DNA of 42,140 nt from positions 1 through 42,140 of the IMG/VR virus record IMGVR_UViG_3300017685_000003. The stretch is one strand, 5' to 3'. Source of the DNA: a virus. Below are positions 13,786-22,887 of the stretch, piece after piece (the first letter of the stretch is position 1; every line of letters begins with the position of its first letter). Position numbers and translations under genes: made by a program. Below the pieces are notes generated by a model. The model saw only the letters and a list, made by a program, of their open reading frames with translations. It did not search any database and was not told the origin of the DNA.

Positions 13786-16007
13786 CCGAAGACAACCCCG
13801 AAACCCTCGTCAACGAGGAAGCGCCGCGGCAGGACGACGAGGCACTGCGCAAGCTGCACGACCGCGCAATGCGCAGCTTTGATGATGCGGTGCTGCCGCA
13901 GTTGCCGGTTCGCGAGCTTGCGCTGATTGCGCGTCGGTTTGCGGACATTCCGGGTGCCATGTGGGAGGGAGCGGCGGGCGATCAGTTCGGGGACAGCATC
14001 AAGCTCGAATTCCCCAAGCTGAAACGCGCGCTTCGCAAGCTTGAGAACGACTTCCGCCAGAACCGTATCGAGCCCGATTTCCGCCCCAGCGGTGGCACGA
14101 GCGACAACGAGACGGCTGATACGCTGGACGGGTTGTATCGGGCAGACAATCGCTTTTTCAAAGGGCAGCAGGCAAGGGACAACGCGCGATCGGAAGCCGC
14201 AAAGGGAGGCTTCGGTGCATATCGCCTTTTGAACGATTGGGCTGATCCGCTCGACAAGGATTCGGACTATCAGCGCGTCAATCCGGCCTCGCTCATTGCA
14301 GATGCGGATCAGTCGGTGTTTTTCGGGCCGTCCACGCTTTACGACAAGTCCGATGCCAAGTTCGCCTTCGTTCTGTCGGGCTGGTCGGAAGAGGCGTTCA
14401 AGGAAGAATACCCCGACGCGCAATATGTGACGTGGCCCGACGCCACGACCCGGCGCTGGTCCTACGACTGGTTCCGTCCCGATACGATCGCAGTGTGCGA
14501 GTATTACGAGATCGAGGACAAGGACGAATGGGTGCTCATCTTCACGCAGGAGGTGAGCGAGGAAGAAGAGCGGCACTGGCAGAAGGATATCAGCGCGGAG
14601 GACATTAAGGACCTGCGAGAGCGCGGGTTCAAGATGCGCAAGCGCAAGGCCAAGCGGCGGCGCTGTCGTAAGTATATTCTGTCCGGTGCCGAAGTGCTGG
14701 ACGACTTCGGTTACATTGCTGGCGGCAATATCCCGATCGTTCCCGTCTATGGCGAGCGCGCCTATGTCGATGGTGTTGAGTGGTTCCGTGGTCTGGTTCA
14801 GCAGAATATGGATATGGTCCGCGTGTTCAACGCGGTCATGTCCTCGTTGTACGAGATCACGACGCTTGCGCCGTATGAGCGGCCGATCTTTCTTGCCGAG
14901 CAAATGCCGCCCAATCTCGCTACGATGTGGGCGCGCGGTAACATCGATCGCCATCCGTATGCGCTGGTCAATCCCGCCCTTGATCCTATCACAGGCGGCA
15001 TTGCCGCCATGGGCCCCATCGGCAAGGTCGAGACACCCCAGGTGCCTGCCACGCTCGCGGCCATGGTCGAAATGCTGAACGGGCTGTTTGCCGAGGACGA
15101 CCAGAACCCCGAAGAGGTCAAGGCCAACGTATCGGCGGACGCGATGGACATTGCGGCAGCGCGTGTCGATGCGAAATCGGGCGTGTTCTTGGACAATGAT
15201 CGCCAGTCTACGCAGCGCGGCGGGGAACTCTATCTCGCTATGGCGTGTGAGGTCTACGTCGAGCCGGGCCGGGTTGTCGAGACGATGACCGAGGATGGTG
15301 ACGACGGCGAAGCGGTGCTGTTGGAGGATTACAGCGATAACGGCGAGCTGAAGGTTCGCAACAACTTTGCCGCTGGACGCTACAAGGTCGTTGCCGATGT
15401 TGCCGAGACGACCACGACGCGCAGGGACCGCACGGTCAAGCAGATGCTGAACTATGCCGAGGTGTCGGTTGCGGCACAGGACATGGAAGGCGCACAGGCG
15501 GCGTTGATTACCGCTGGCCTCAACATGGATGGCGAGGGCATTGCGGACTTCCAGGATTGGCAGCGCGCCCGCGCTTTGAAGCTTGGCCTTGTCAAGCCTA
15601 ACGAAGACGAGCAGCGCGAAGCGGAGGAAGCGGCGCAGAACCAGCAGCCCGACCCGACGCAGGAGCTTATCGCCAAACAGATCGAGAAGATTTCGGCCGA
15701 TACGCAGAAGGCGCTTACCGCAGCTGGCTTGGATCAGGCCAAGATACAGGAGACGATGGCAAGCGCCGGCCTTAAAATGGCACAGGCGCAAGCTGTCGGC
15801 GGTCCCGAGTCCGCGCCCGATGCGCCAAGCGGGTTGCAAGCTGCAAACGACGAGGTTGAGCAGGTGTCCAAGCTTGCCGGTGCCAAGTTGAAGCTTGCTC
15901 AGGCCAGCAAGATAGACGAGGATATCGGGCATCAGCGTATCCGTACCGGCCACGATATCGAAATGGAGCGTCGTCAGCAGGATATGGCGGAAAGGCAGAG
16001 CGCGTGA
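13782..16007 (+). CDS. portal protein (741 aa), P22 gp1-like in size and position
   Basis: I moved the start to GTG 13782, with GGAGG 7 nt upstream (VTEDNPETL...). It follows terL, and the long C-terminal helical region is rich in Ala, Gln and Glu. The upstream part of the 803-aa track ORF is Arg/Gly/Cys-rich and overlaps the 85-aa ORF. Confidence 0.8.
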   Translation: MTEDNPETLVNEEAPRQDDEALRKLHDRAMRSFDDAVLPQLPVRELALIARRFADIPGAMWEGAAGDQFGDSIKLEFPKLKRALRKLENDFRQNRIEPDFRPSGGTSDNETADTLDGLYRADNRFFKGQQARDNARSEAAKGGFGAYRLLNDWADPLDKDSDYQRVNPASLIADADQSVFFGPSTLYDKSDAKFAFVLSGWSEEAFKEEYPDAQYVTWPDATTRRWSYDWFRPDTIAVCEYYEIEDKDEWVLIFTQEVSEEEERHWQKDISAEDIKDLRERGFKMRKRKAKRRRCRKYILSGAEVLDDFGYIAGGNIPIVPVYGERAYVDGVEWFRGLVQQNMDMVRVFNAVMSSLYEITTLAPYERPIFLAEQMPPNLATMWARGNIDRHPYALVNPALDPITGGIAAMGPIGKVETPQVPATLAAMVEMLNGLFAEDDQNPEEVKANVSADAMDIAAARVDAKSGVFLDNDRQSTQRGGELYLAMACEVYVEPGRVVETMTEDGDDGEAVLLEDYSDNGELKVRNNFAAGRYKVVADVAETTTTRRDRTVKQMLNYAEVSVAAQDMEGAQAALITAGLNMDGEGIADFQDWQRARALKLGLVKPNEDEQREAEEAAQNQQPDPTQELIAKQIEKISADTQKALTAAGLDQAKIQETMASAGLKMAQAQAVGGPESAPDAPSGLQAANDEVEQVSKLAGAKLKLAQASKIDEDIGHQRIRTGHDIEMERRQQDMAERQSA

Positions 16008-16279
16008 CTGAATTAGTAAGTCTTGATCAGCGGCGGTGGGAGAAGGACAACGACACCCGCGCGCACAGCGTAATATCCATGCTGAGGGTAGCAATAGGCC
16101 AGATTGAGGCGGGTGATATCAAGCCGGATCACGCGATCTTGTGCCTTGGTGGCCTTGATGGCGAAACGAATGCCACAACGACCGATTGGCTACAAGCTGG
16201 TCAATTTTCAGGTTTCGCGCAGCTTGGTCTTATCGAGCGGGTAAAGCTCGGGATTATCGACAGCGCAGAAAGAGTATAG
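16004..16279 (+). CDS. hypothetical protein (91 aa)
   Basis: ORF track. It has an ATGA-type overlap with the portal stop. Confidence 0.5.
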   Translation: MTELVSLDQRRWEKDNDTRAHSVISMLRVAIGQIEAGDIKPDHAILCLGGLDGETNATTTDWLQAGQFSGFAQLGLIERVKLGIIDSAERV

Positions 16280-16336
16280 CCGCAACCTCGCGGCAATCAG
16301 CGACCGCCGGCTGTGACGGGTGAGTGGAGGGAATGA

Positions 16337-17188
16337 ATGGCAACGAAGCCTGAAGACATCATTGAAGAAGAAGTGGAGGAAGTCGAGGACCAGGAGGTTC
16401 TTGATCTGGACGAGGGCGATATCATTGACGACGAGGACGAGGAAACCCCGCCCGCCGATGATGATGACGCGCCTCGCTTTGCAGACGAGGAAGATCAGCA
16501 ACCCGCGCCTGAGAACGATCTGGTCAAACACCTTCGCCAGCAAATCCGCGATCGGGACAAGCGTCTTGCCGAAACGCAGCGTGTTGCCGCACCCGAGCCG
16601 GATATCGTCGTAGGTGATAAGCCGACGCTCGAATCCTGCGGTTGGGATGCCGAGGAATACGAGACGCAGCGGGACGCATGGGACGATCGCAAGGCAGCGG
16701 CTGACAAGCAGGCGCTGAAGCGTGAGGAAGCCAAGCGTGCGCAGGAAGACGCATGGGGTAAGGTGACGCAGGACTACGCTACCAAAAAGGCGGCGTTGCG
16801 TTATCCGGATCGTGACGCAGCAGAACAGACGGCGCTCGAAACCCTGTCCCCGACTGCGCAGGCCCTGATCGCCAAGCATGCGGACAATTCGGCATTGTTC
16901 ATCTACGCTGTGGGCAAGAGCCCGACGAAGCTTGCCGAATTGGCGCGTATCGATGCCGAGGGTGATCCTTTCGCGGTCGTGAAGGCCGTAACCAAGATGG
17001 AGGCGAATTTGACGACCAAGAAGACGGGCGCGAGACCACCTAATCCCGATGTACCGGTTCGCGGTCGTCCGATTGCCGCGGTCAGTGGCGACAAGGTGCT
17101 TGAGAAGCTTGAGAAGGAAGCGGAGCGCACGGGCGATCGTAGCAAGATCATTGCCCATAAGCGCGCGATCAAGGAGAAGGCGAAGTGA
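16337..17188 (+). CDS. scaffolding-like protein (283 aa)
   Basis: It lies between portal and coat. The N terminus is highly acidic (EEEVEEVEDQEVLDLDEGDIIDDEDEE) and the rest is charged and helical. Confidence 0.55.
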   Translation: MATKPEDIIEEEVEEVEDQEVLDLDEGDIIDDEDEETPPADDDDAPRFADEEDQQPAPENDLVKHLRQQIRDRDKRLAETQRVAAPEPDIVVGDKPTLESCGWDAEEYETQRDAWDDRKAAADKQALKREEAKRAQEDAWGKVTQDYATKKAALRYPDRDAAEQTALETLSPTAQALIAKHADNSALFIYAVGKSPTKLAELARIDAEGDPFAVVKAVTKMEANLTTKKTGARPPNPDVPVRGRPIAAVSGDKVLEKLEKEAERTGDRSKIIAHKRAIKEKAK

Positions 17189-17667
17189 ACACCACGACAA
17201 CCCAGGCGCGCGGACCATCGGAAACGGTGATGACGCGCGAAGATCAGCAGAACGCGGGCGGTATGCGTCGCGTCATGCCGGACACGAAGTTTGTCTATTA
17301 CGACGCCGCGCCGCTGACCGAATATCCGCGCATGATGTACAAGAAGACCGACAAGGAGATTACGCAGGCGCACGCCGACGCGCTGTCCGAGTTGAAAGAC
17401 GCGCCGATGGTCATCAACCGCTATTCCGGGCTCTTGTGCGACACGATGATCGCGCATGATGCGGCGGAAGCGGAGGCGCTGTCGGCAAACGGCTGGGATA
17501 TCAGCCCGCAGGCGGCGTATGGTGAAGAGCCCGGCATGGTCGAGGCTACCAGCGCGAAGGATGCCGAGATCGCCGAGCTTCGGCGACAGTTGGCGGAGCG
17601 AGCGCCCCCCGCACCCGAGCCTGAAATCCGTCGTGGGCCTGGACGCCCGCCTAAGACAATTGAATAA
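17185..17667 (+). CDS. hypothetical protein (160 aa) with a basic GRP tail
   Basis: ORF track with an ATGA overlap. It contains the YPRMMYKK motif and a C-terminal RRGPGRPPKTIE. Confidence 0.55.
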   Translation: MNTTTTQARGPSETVMTREDQQNAGGMRRVMPDTKFVYYDAAPLTEYPRMMYKKTDKEITQAHADALSELKDAPMVINRYSGLLCDTMIAHDAAEAEALSANGWDISPQAAYGEEPGMVEATSAKDAEIAELRRQLAERAPPAPEPEIRRGPGRPPKTIE

Positions 17668-17820
17668 CCAAGTTTCGGTTGGAGACTTCCTTAGCGGCTT
17701 TGGACCGAGCCGTTTATCATCCGCCCTCCTGCGCCATGAGAGCCCGACACGCAGATACTCGCGCGGCGCAAGGCAAGCCCCGTCTCCGTAATTAACCAGG
17801 AGGAAAGGGCGGAAGGTTCA

Positions 17821-17859
17821 GCCCCTATTGCAACGGCAATTATACGTTGCTATAGGGGC
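17821..17859 (+). promoter_or_regulatory. 15-bp hairpin (one internal mismatch) in the 278-nt leader of the coat gene
   Basis: gcccctattgcaacg(17821-17835) pairs with cgttgctataggggc(17845-17859) around a 9-nt loop. No T-run follows. Confidence 0.35.
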
Positions 17860-17945
17860 ATTAGCCATCAGCATCCGGGGGGCTGTGATCCCTGAGTAGG
17901 CGGAATCGAGCAGGTTGCTCTTTCATCTACTTCAGGGGATTTTAC

Positions 17946-19217
17946 ATGGCTTCTAGTTTTCCGTATTCGATTCGCGCAGCCTTCGACAATCTGATCGAGG
18001 GCTTTGAGGATCGGCTAACCTACGCACAGGTTGCAACCAAGATCGATCTTGGCGACGCGCAGGAGCAGGTTTACACGCGCGATCGTGTGTGGATTCCGCA
18101 GCCGATGATCGGTTCGTCGTATGACGGCTTCGACCAGACCAGCAATTTCGACGGCCTGACGCAGCTTTGGGTGCCGGCTCAGGTCGGCTTCCACAAGGCA
18201 AGCCCGAAGTCGCTGAGCGCCAAGGCCATGCGCAACAAGATGGCGATCGACATGTACGCCAACGAGGTCGGCACGAAGCTGGCGTCGGACGTGAACCGCG
18301 CCGTTCGCAATCGTGTCGCGCTCGAAGGCGCGATCTACACCAAGCGCACCGTTGCCCCCACGGGTTCGGCCGATTTGTTCCTGTCGTCGGCTCAGATGAC
18401 GGAAGTCGGCGTGCCGTCCGGTGATCGCGTGGCAATGATTGGTGTCCGCAACGCCATCGGCATGCTGTCCAACGTTTCGGATCGTCAGACCATGGGCGAT
18501 CTGTCGAAGAAGGCGTATCAGGACGGCGAGCTTTCGGCTCGTATCGCCGGTTTCGACGTTTACACGGACGATCAGCCGATCCGCCTTGCTCCGGCTGCTG
18601 GCGGCACGACCACGGTCAACGGCGCAAACCAGTATTGGGAGCCTGCCGCCACCACGACGCAGACGGATGGCACGGAGAACAACCGTGACAATCGTTGGGG
18701 CCAGCTCGTCGTCACCAGCGCCAATATTGCGGGCATCAAGCCGGGCGATGCTTTCACGGTCGCGGGCGTCAACTCGGTTCACCTGATTTCCAAGCAGGAC
18801 ACCGGGCAGCTCAAGACGGCTCGCGTTATCTCGGTCAACACCACGACCAACACCATCACCTACGCGCCGGCCTTCATTTCGAACGGTGGCAACACGATCG
18901 GCGGTCGCGAGTATCAGAACGTCACCGCAACGCCTGCGAACGGCGCGGCTATTACGTGGCTCAACACCGCGATTGCCGAGATCAGCCCGTTCTTCCTGCG
19001 TTCCGCGGTCGGGCTTCTCCCTGGCACGTTCGAAGTGGAGCCGGAGGATGGTTGGGACATCATGCAGGCCACGACTCCGAAGCTTGGCCTTCGCATCATC
19101 TGCACCAAGCAGGGCAATATCAACGATCTTTCGACCAAGATGCGTTGGGATATCGACTTCGGCACGGTGCTGACCCAGCCTGAATTCGCAGGCGCGATGC
19201 AGTTCAACCAGGTCTGA
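17946..19217 (+). CDS. major capsid (coat) protein (423 aa), P22 gp5-like in size and position
   Basis: ORF track. Its order after the scaffold and its size support the call. A strong terminator lies one gene downstream. Confidence 0.8.
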   Translation: MASSFPYSIRAAFDNLIEGFEDRLTYAQVATKIDLGDAQEQVYTRDRVWIPQPMIGSSYDGFDQTSNFDGLTQLWVPAQVGFHKASPKSLSAKAMRNKMAIDMYANEVGTKLASDVNRAVRNRVALEGAIYTKRTVAPTGSADLFLSSAQMTEVGVPSGDRVAMIGVRNAIGMLSNVSDRQTMGDLSKKAYQDGELSARIAGFDVYTDDQPIRLAPAAGGTTTVNGANQYWEPAATTTQTDGTENNRDNRWGQLVVTSANIAGIKPGDAFTVAGVNSVHLISKQDTGQLKTARVISVNTTTNTITYAPAFISNGGNTIGGREYQNVTATPANGAAITWLNTAIAEISPFFLRSAVGLLPGTFEVEPEDGWDIMQATTPKLGLRIICTKQGNINDLSTKMRWDIDFGTVLTQPEFAGAMQFNQV

Positions 19218-19245
19218 TCGACCGTTCACATAAAGGATATTCGAT

Positions 19246-19719
19246 ATGACCACCAAGAACCCCGCTGAGCAGAACCTCAAGGAAAACGCCCCGGACGGCC
19301 TCGCGTTGTCCGATGGCGAGCTTAAGGCGGCTCGCAAGGAGGGCGCGAAGGAAGACGCCAAGGATATCGCCAAGGACGTGCATCGCTCGCTGACGGACGG
19401 CAACCTGCCCGGCGAGCAGCCTTCCACGCAGTATCTGAACGCGGATGAATCGCAGCCGTGGGCGCATAACCTTGATCTTGGCGTCGAGGCGTTCGAAAAG
19501 CTGGTTTCGACCACGCCGGGCAAGGAAGACCGCAACAAGAACGAGGGCTCGATCCCGGACGAGAAGGTCTATGGCCTGCTTGCTCTGGAACGCAACGGCA
19601 AGAACCGTACGCCCTATGTCAAGGCGATGATGAAGCGTCTGAAGCTCAAGGCGGATGAACTTCCCGGCGGCGGGCCGTCGTACACCAACGACGTGACGAA
19701 CATCACCGATCTGAACTGA
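19246..19719 (+). CDS. hypothetical virion-module protein (157 aa)
   Basis: ORF track. It has an RBS (aaaggat), is charged and Lys/Glu-rich, and is followed by a terminator. Confidence 0.6.
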   Translation: MTTKNPAEQNLKENAPDGLALSDGELKAARKEGAKEDAKDIAKDVHRSLTDGNLPGEQPSTQYLNADESQPWAHNLDLGVEAFEKLVSTTPGKEDRNKNEGSIPDEKVYGLLALERNGKNRTPYVKAMMKRLKLKADELPGGGPSYTNDVTNITDLN

Positions 19720-19723
19720 TTAC

Positions 19724-19750
19724 GGCGGGGCTTCGGCCCCGTCTCTTTTT
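19724..19750 (+). terminator. rho-independent terminator
   Basis: cggggc-ttcg-gccccg (19726-19741) forms the stem-loop, followed by tctcttttt. Confidence 0.75.
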
Positions 19751-19764
19751 GAAGGGATGCGCCT

Positions 19765-20421
19765 GTGAGCGGTGGCAATGTCGTTCTTATCGACCCGCAA
19801 ACGGGCGCGCCTTATCGGGCTGGTAGTGGAGGTGGCGGTTCTGGGGCAACTGGCCCCGGCACAGCGACCGACGCAAGCCGTGTCACGTATGCTAGCGATG
19901 GGGCTACGGTTCCGGTTCGCGGAAACGGCTCTGCTGACGCAGGGTCGGCTTTATCTGTAGTGAATGCTTCTAACGGACCCGCGTTTGCGATAGGGTCGTC
20001 CTCAACCCAAAGCGCGGGTTCCAATCTAGCGCCAACTATCGGTTTTATAGGATCGGGCTTCGCGCGTAACCCGGCGAATCTAGCTGTCCAGGCGGGTCTT
20101 TGGACCGGTGCGATTGTCGTTCCTCAACCCGGCGATGCGATAGGCGCTTACGTCGTTTCCAAAGGCGGCGCGAACATCGCCACTGCTCAAGTCGCAGTGC
20201 CTGCAAACACTGCAACGCAGGTGGTCGCGGCACGGACGGGACGCCAGAAAGTGACGCTTTCGCCGCTTACCAGTGCGGCCTTTTTCCAAGGTGCATCCGG
20301 GGTGTCCGCTACTACCGGGCTGTTCGTGCCCGCCGGTTCCAGCAAGACCACGGACACGGCAGCGGCCATCTTCGTGTTTTCCACGACGGCAATTACCGTC
20401 AGTGTCGAGGAATTGTTCTGA
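19765..20421 (+). CDS. Gly/Ala/Thr-rich beta-type structural protein (218 aa)
   Basis: ORF track with a GTG start. The C-terminal ...FVPAGSSKTTDTAAAIFVFSTTAITVSVEEL resembles the C terminus of the next ORF. Confidence 0.55.
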   Translation: MSGGNVVLIDPQTGAPYRAGSGGGGSGATGPGTATDASRVTYASDGATVPVRGNGSADAGSALSVVNASNGPAFAIGSSSTQSAGSNLAPTIGFIGSGFARNPANLAVQAGLWTGAIVVPQPGDAIGAYVVSKGGANIATAQVAVPANTATQVVAARTGRQKVTLSPLTSAAFFQGASGVSATTGLFVPAGSSKTTDTAAAIFVFSTTAITVSVEELF

Positions 20422-20726
20422 TGAGCGATATTTCGGGCACCTCGTCTTTTGGTCCTGTTTCGGGATCGAACCTTTCAGGAACAGCTACCACGACCAGCGG
20501 CGGGTTCAATATCCCAGCCAACGCCAATCGTCGCCCTGGTGACTTGCAAGGACAGAACGTTGCCACGGTATCGATCGGCTTCAACGAGTTCAACGGCACG
20601 GCAGCCATCGGATCGGCGGGCACATACACCGTGCCGGCCGGCGCTACGTTCAGCATCACGACCAACCAGCAGGTCAACTTCATTGCGGCGTCTGGCACTG
20701 CTCCTGTCACGATTACGGGCCTCTGA
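20421..20726 (+). CDS. small beta-type structural protein (101 aa), possible paralogue of the preceding gene
   Basis: ATG 20421 overlaps the upstream stop (TGATG). The C terminus reads ...YTVPAGATFSITTNQQVNFIAASGTAPVTITGL. Confidence 0.5.
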   Translation: MSDISGTSSFGPVSGSNLSGTATTTSGGFNIPANANRRPGDLQGQNVATVSIGFNEFNGTAAIGSAGTYTVPAGATFSITTNQQVNFIAASGTAPVTITGL

Positions 20727-21967
20727 TGCCGATCGGCCGCACTATGATGCGGCAGGGTCGTCGTCCTGCCTCGGTCAGCGGTGGGGCAATAGATGTGCCT
20801 GTCATTGCGTTGCTCGCTCTTAACGAGTTGATGGCGTTCGACGGAGATAGCATCACGGCGGGCGCGTTTGGACCGACGTATATCGACAGCGCGATCATGG
20901 CGATGGGCGGGCGCTTGTCCTACCGCGGTGCGACTGCGTACAATACCGCGATCAGCGGTGCGACTGCCGCGGCATTGTCCGACCCGGCGCACACCAGCGA
21001 GACGATGGCGACCGCGCCTAAGCTCGTCACGGGGCTCGCCGGCACCAACGACCTCGCCAATACATCGGCTACGCCAGCCGCGATCTTTGGCAGCATCAAG
21101 ACGATGTGGCGCGCATATCTGGACGCAGGTGCGAAGGCCGTAGTCTGGTCTACCGTGTTGCCGCGCGGCGGCTCGAATGCGCTGACCACGGCACGCGAGA
21201 CTGATAGGCTGGCGCTCAACACGCTCATTCGCAATTTCGCGTCCGATCCAACATTGGCAGGATACGCGAGCAAGATTCGTGTTGTGGACAACGAAGGTGC
21301 GATCGTACCCGGCACCGATACGCTGGACGGCCTGCACCCCAATTGGCGCGGGTCACGCAAGCTGGGCATTGCGATGGGCGCGGCTGTGGCCTCGATATCC
21401 CCCACGACGACGCTGGACGGCGCGCACCTACTTGTCGGCAACCTGTTCCCCGACAAGGTGTTCGCGGGCTCGGGCGGGTTCGCGGGCTTCAACAACAACG
21501 TCACTGGCACCGTACCGGCGCAGTTCTATTGCACGGCTGACACGGGGCTGGCGGTGGCGCTGTCGGCTACTGCCGATGCGGCAGGCTATCCGGCTATCAA
21601 GCTGACCGTGACGGGCACGACGACGCAAGCCAGTGTCGTCGTGTTTGGCGGTAACTCGGTAGCCGTCAATGGCGTGGCGGGTGATCGTTTCGAGCAATCG
21701 TGGTACGCCAAGCTTGCCAATACGCAGGCGCTTCGGTCTTTCTATCTGCATAGCGACAACACTGCCACCAACTCGCCTAATTTCAGCGCGCCGTCACAGG
21801 TCATGGATGGCGTTCCAACCATTGAGGGCTTCTTGCGCACGTATGTATCGCCAGCACTGACCGGCAATGTTGCGTCCGACTTCCCGGTTGCGACGTTGTT
21901 TTTCGGGGTTGGCACAGCAGCAGCAGAGTTGACGCTATCGCAGCCTCGTTTACGTAAGGTAACGTAA
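20726..21967 (+). CDS. SGNH/GDSL hydrolase (esterase) with a beta-sandwich-like C-terminal half (413 aa)
   Basis: FDGDSITAG is block I, LAGTNDL is block III and LDGLHPN is block V. The C-terminal roughly 180 aa have no recognisable catalytic motif. Confidence 0.7.
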   Translation: MPIGRTMMRQGRRPASVSGGAIDVPVIALLALNELMAFDGDSITAGAFGPTYIDSAIMAMGGRLSYRGATAYNTAISGATAAALSDPAHTSETMATAPKLVTGLAGTNDLANTSATPAAIFGSIKTMWRAYLDAGAKAVVWSTVLPRGGSNALTTARETDRLALNTLIRNFASDPTLAGYASKIRVVDNEGAIVPGTDTLDGLHPNWRGSRKLGIAMGAAVASISPTTTLDGAHLLVGNLFPDKVFAGSGGFAGFNNNVTGTVPAQFYCTADTGLAVALSATADAAGYPAIKLTVTGTTTQASVVVFGGNSVAVNGVAGDRFEQSWYAKLANTQALRSFYLHSDNTATNSPNFSAPSQVMDGVPTIEGFLRTYVSPALTGNVASDFPVATLFFGVGTAAAELTLSQPRLRKVT

Positions 21968-22000
21968 GTGCATCTGGTATTCGGAAGATAGGAGGACGCT

Positions 22001-22429
22001 TTGGCTGAAGTAGGCCCCGTACCCAGCGTCTCGCAAAAAGCGCTAGATGATGTGAACGCCACCGCTGTCGCGGCTATGGCGAAGGCTGATGCCGCGCTTG
22101 CCGATGGGTTGACCAGCAACGATCGTCAGCAAGCCGTGCGCGTGCAGGTTACGCCCGATGCAACGGGCCGGGTGACGTTTTCGTTTCCGAAACTGTACGC
22201 GGCGGGTATCAAGCCGGCCGTGACGACGACGGCGGAAACGCCGCGTGATGCTACATACCGCAACGACGCCAGCGTCGAAGAGAATAGCGCGACTAATGCG
22301 CAGGTGGTCATCATCGTGCAGCGATTGCCGAAGACGTTGGTTGCTAGCGTGCTGGGAGCCGTTCTCAACATCGTCGTGCCTGTCACCACGCCCGTCTGGA
22401 TCAATGTACTGGTGAGAGCCCCTGTGTAA
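22001..22429 (+). CDS. hypothetical virion-module protein (142 aa)
   Basis: ORF track. The start is TTG, 5 nt behind AGGAGG. Confidence 0.5.
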   Translation: MAEVGPVPSVSQKALDDVNATAVAAMAKADAALADGLTSNDRQQAVRVQVTPDATGRVTFSFPKLYAAGIKPAVTTTAETPRDATYRNDASVEENSATNAQVVIIVQRLPKTLVASVLGAVLNIVVPVTTPVWINVLVRAPV

Positions 22430-22887
22430 TGCCCATATTCGCCATCATTCCCGCAACCGGCCGCCCAAAACGCGATATCATCGAGCTTGCCTTCGCGGAT
22501 TGTGGATTGGCGGGGTATGAATTCGACCGCACGCCCGAAGAACAATCTCTAGCGCTTCGCCAGCTCAACGCGCTGATGATGGAAACGCCGTGGGATGGTC
22601 TGGGTTACGATCAGCCTGCATACGGCGTGGGACAGGCTGAGGGCGGTTCGGGTATTCCGGATTTTGCAATCAACGCCGTGGCGCAATACCTCGCCATCCG
22701 CATTGCGCCTAGCATCGGCGTCACGCTTCCCGCTGAACATGCCAAGACTGCGGCACGGTCGCTCATGGCGCTGCAATCACAAATCGCCACGATCCCTACT
22801 GTTGAATTCCCCGGCAATACCGTGCGCGGCTCGGGGCATCGCTCTTGGGGCAACGGCATCGGATATCCGTACACGGGTTCGCGCTGA
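22429..22887 (+). CDS. P22 gp4-like head-completion (tail accessory/adaptor) protein
   Basis: DIIELAFADCGL...EEQSLALRQLNALMMETPW, INAVAQYLAIRIAPSIG and TVRGSGHR parallel my recollection of P22 gp4 (DLVRAALRKLGV...DAVDDLEAMMAEW, LACRIAPDY, MPTGSGN). It sits directly upstream of the gp10-like gene. Confidence 0.75.
   Translation: MPIFAIIPATGRPKRDIIELAFADCGLAGYEFDRTPEEQSLALRQLNALMMETPWDGLGYDQPAYGVGQAEGGSGIPDFAINAVAQYLAIRIAPSIGVTLPAEHAKTAARSLMALQSQIATIPTVEFPGNTVRGSGHRSWGNGIGYPYTGSR

Noticed and set aside
13674-16094. An 806-aa ORF antisense to the portal gene. Similar long antisense ORFs lie at 18015-19538, 16208-17218, 20399-21337, 27836-28642, 29579-30391, 9757-10248, 6399-7106, 4913-5527 and 3722-4168.
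   Set aside because: In every case the antisense ORF is in the codon-aligned register of the sense gene. For example, portal start 13782 and antisense codon base 16092 are both divisible by 3. A stop can therefore arise only opposite the sense codons TTA, CTA or TCA, which these GC3-rich genes avoid. The products are Arg/Leu/Gly/Pro-rich and lack RBS or coupling. I treat them as shadow ORFs.
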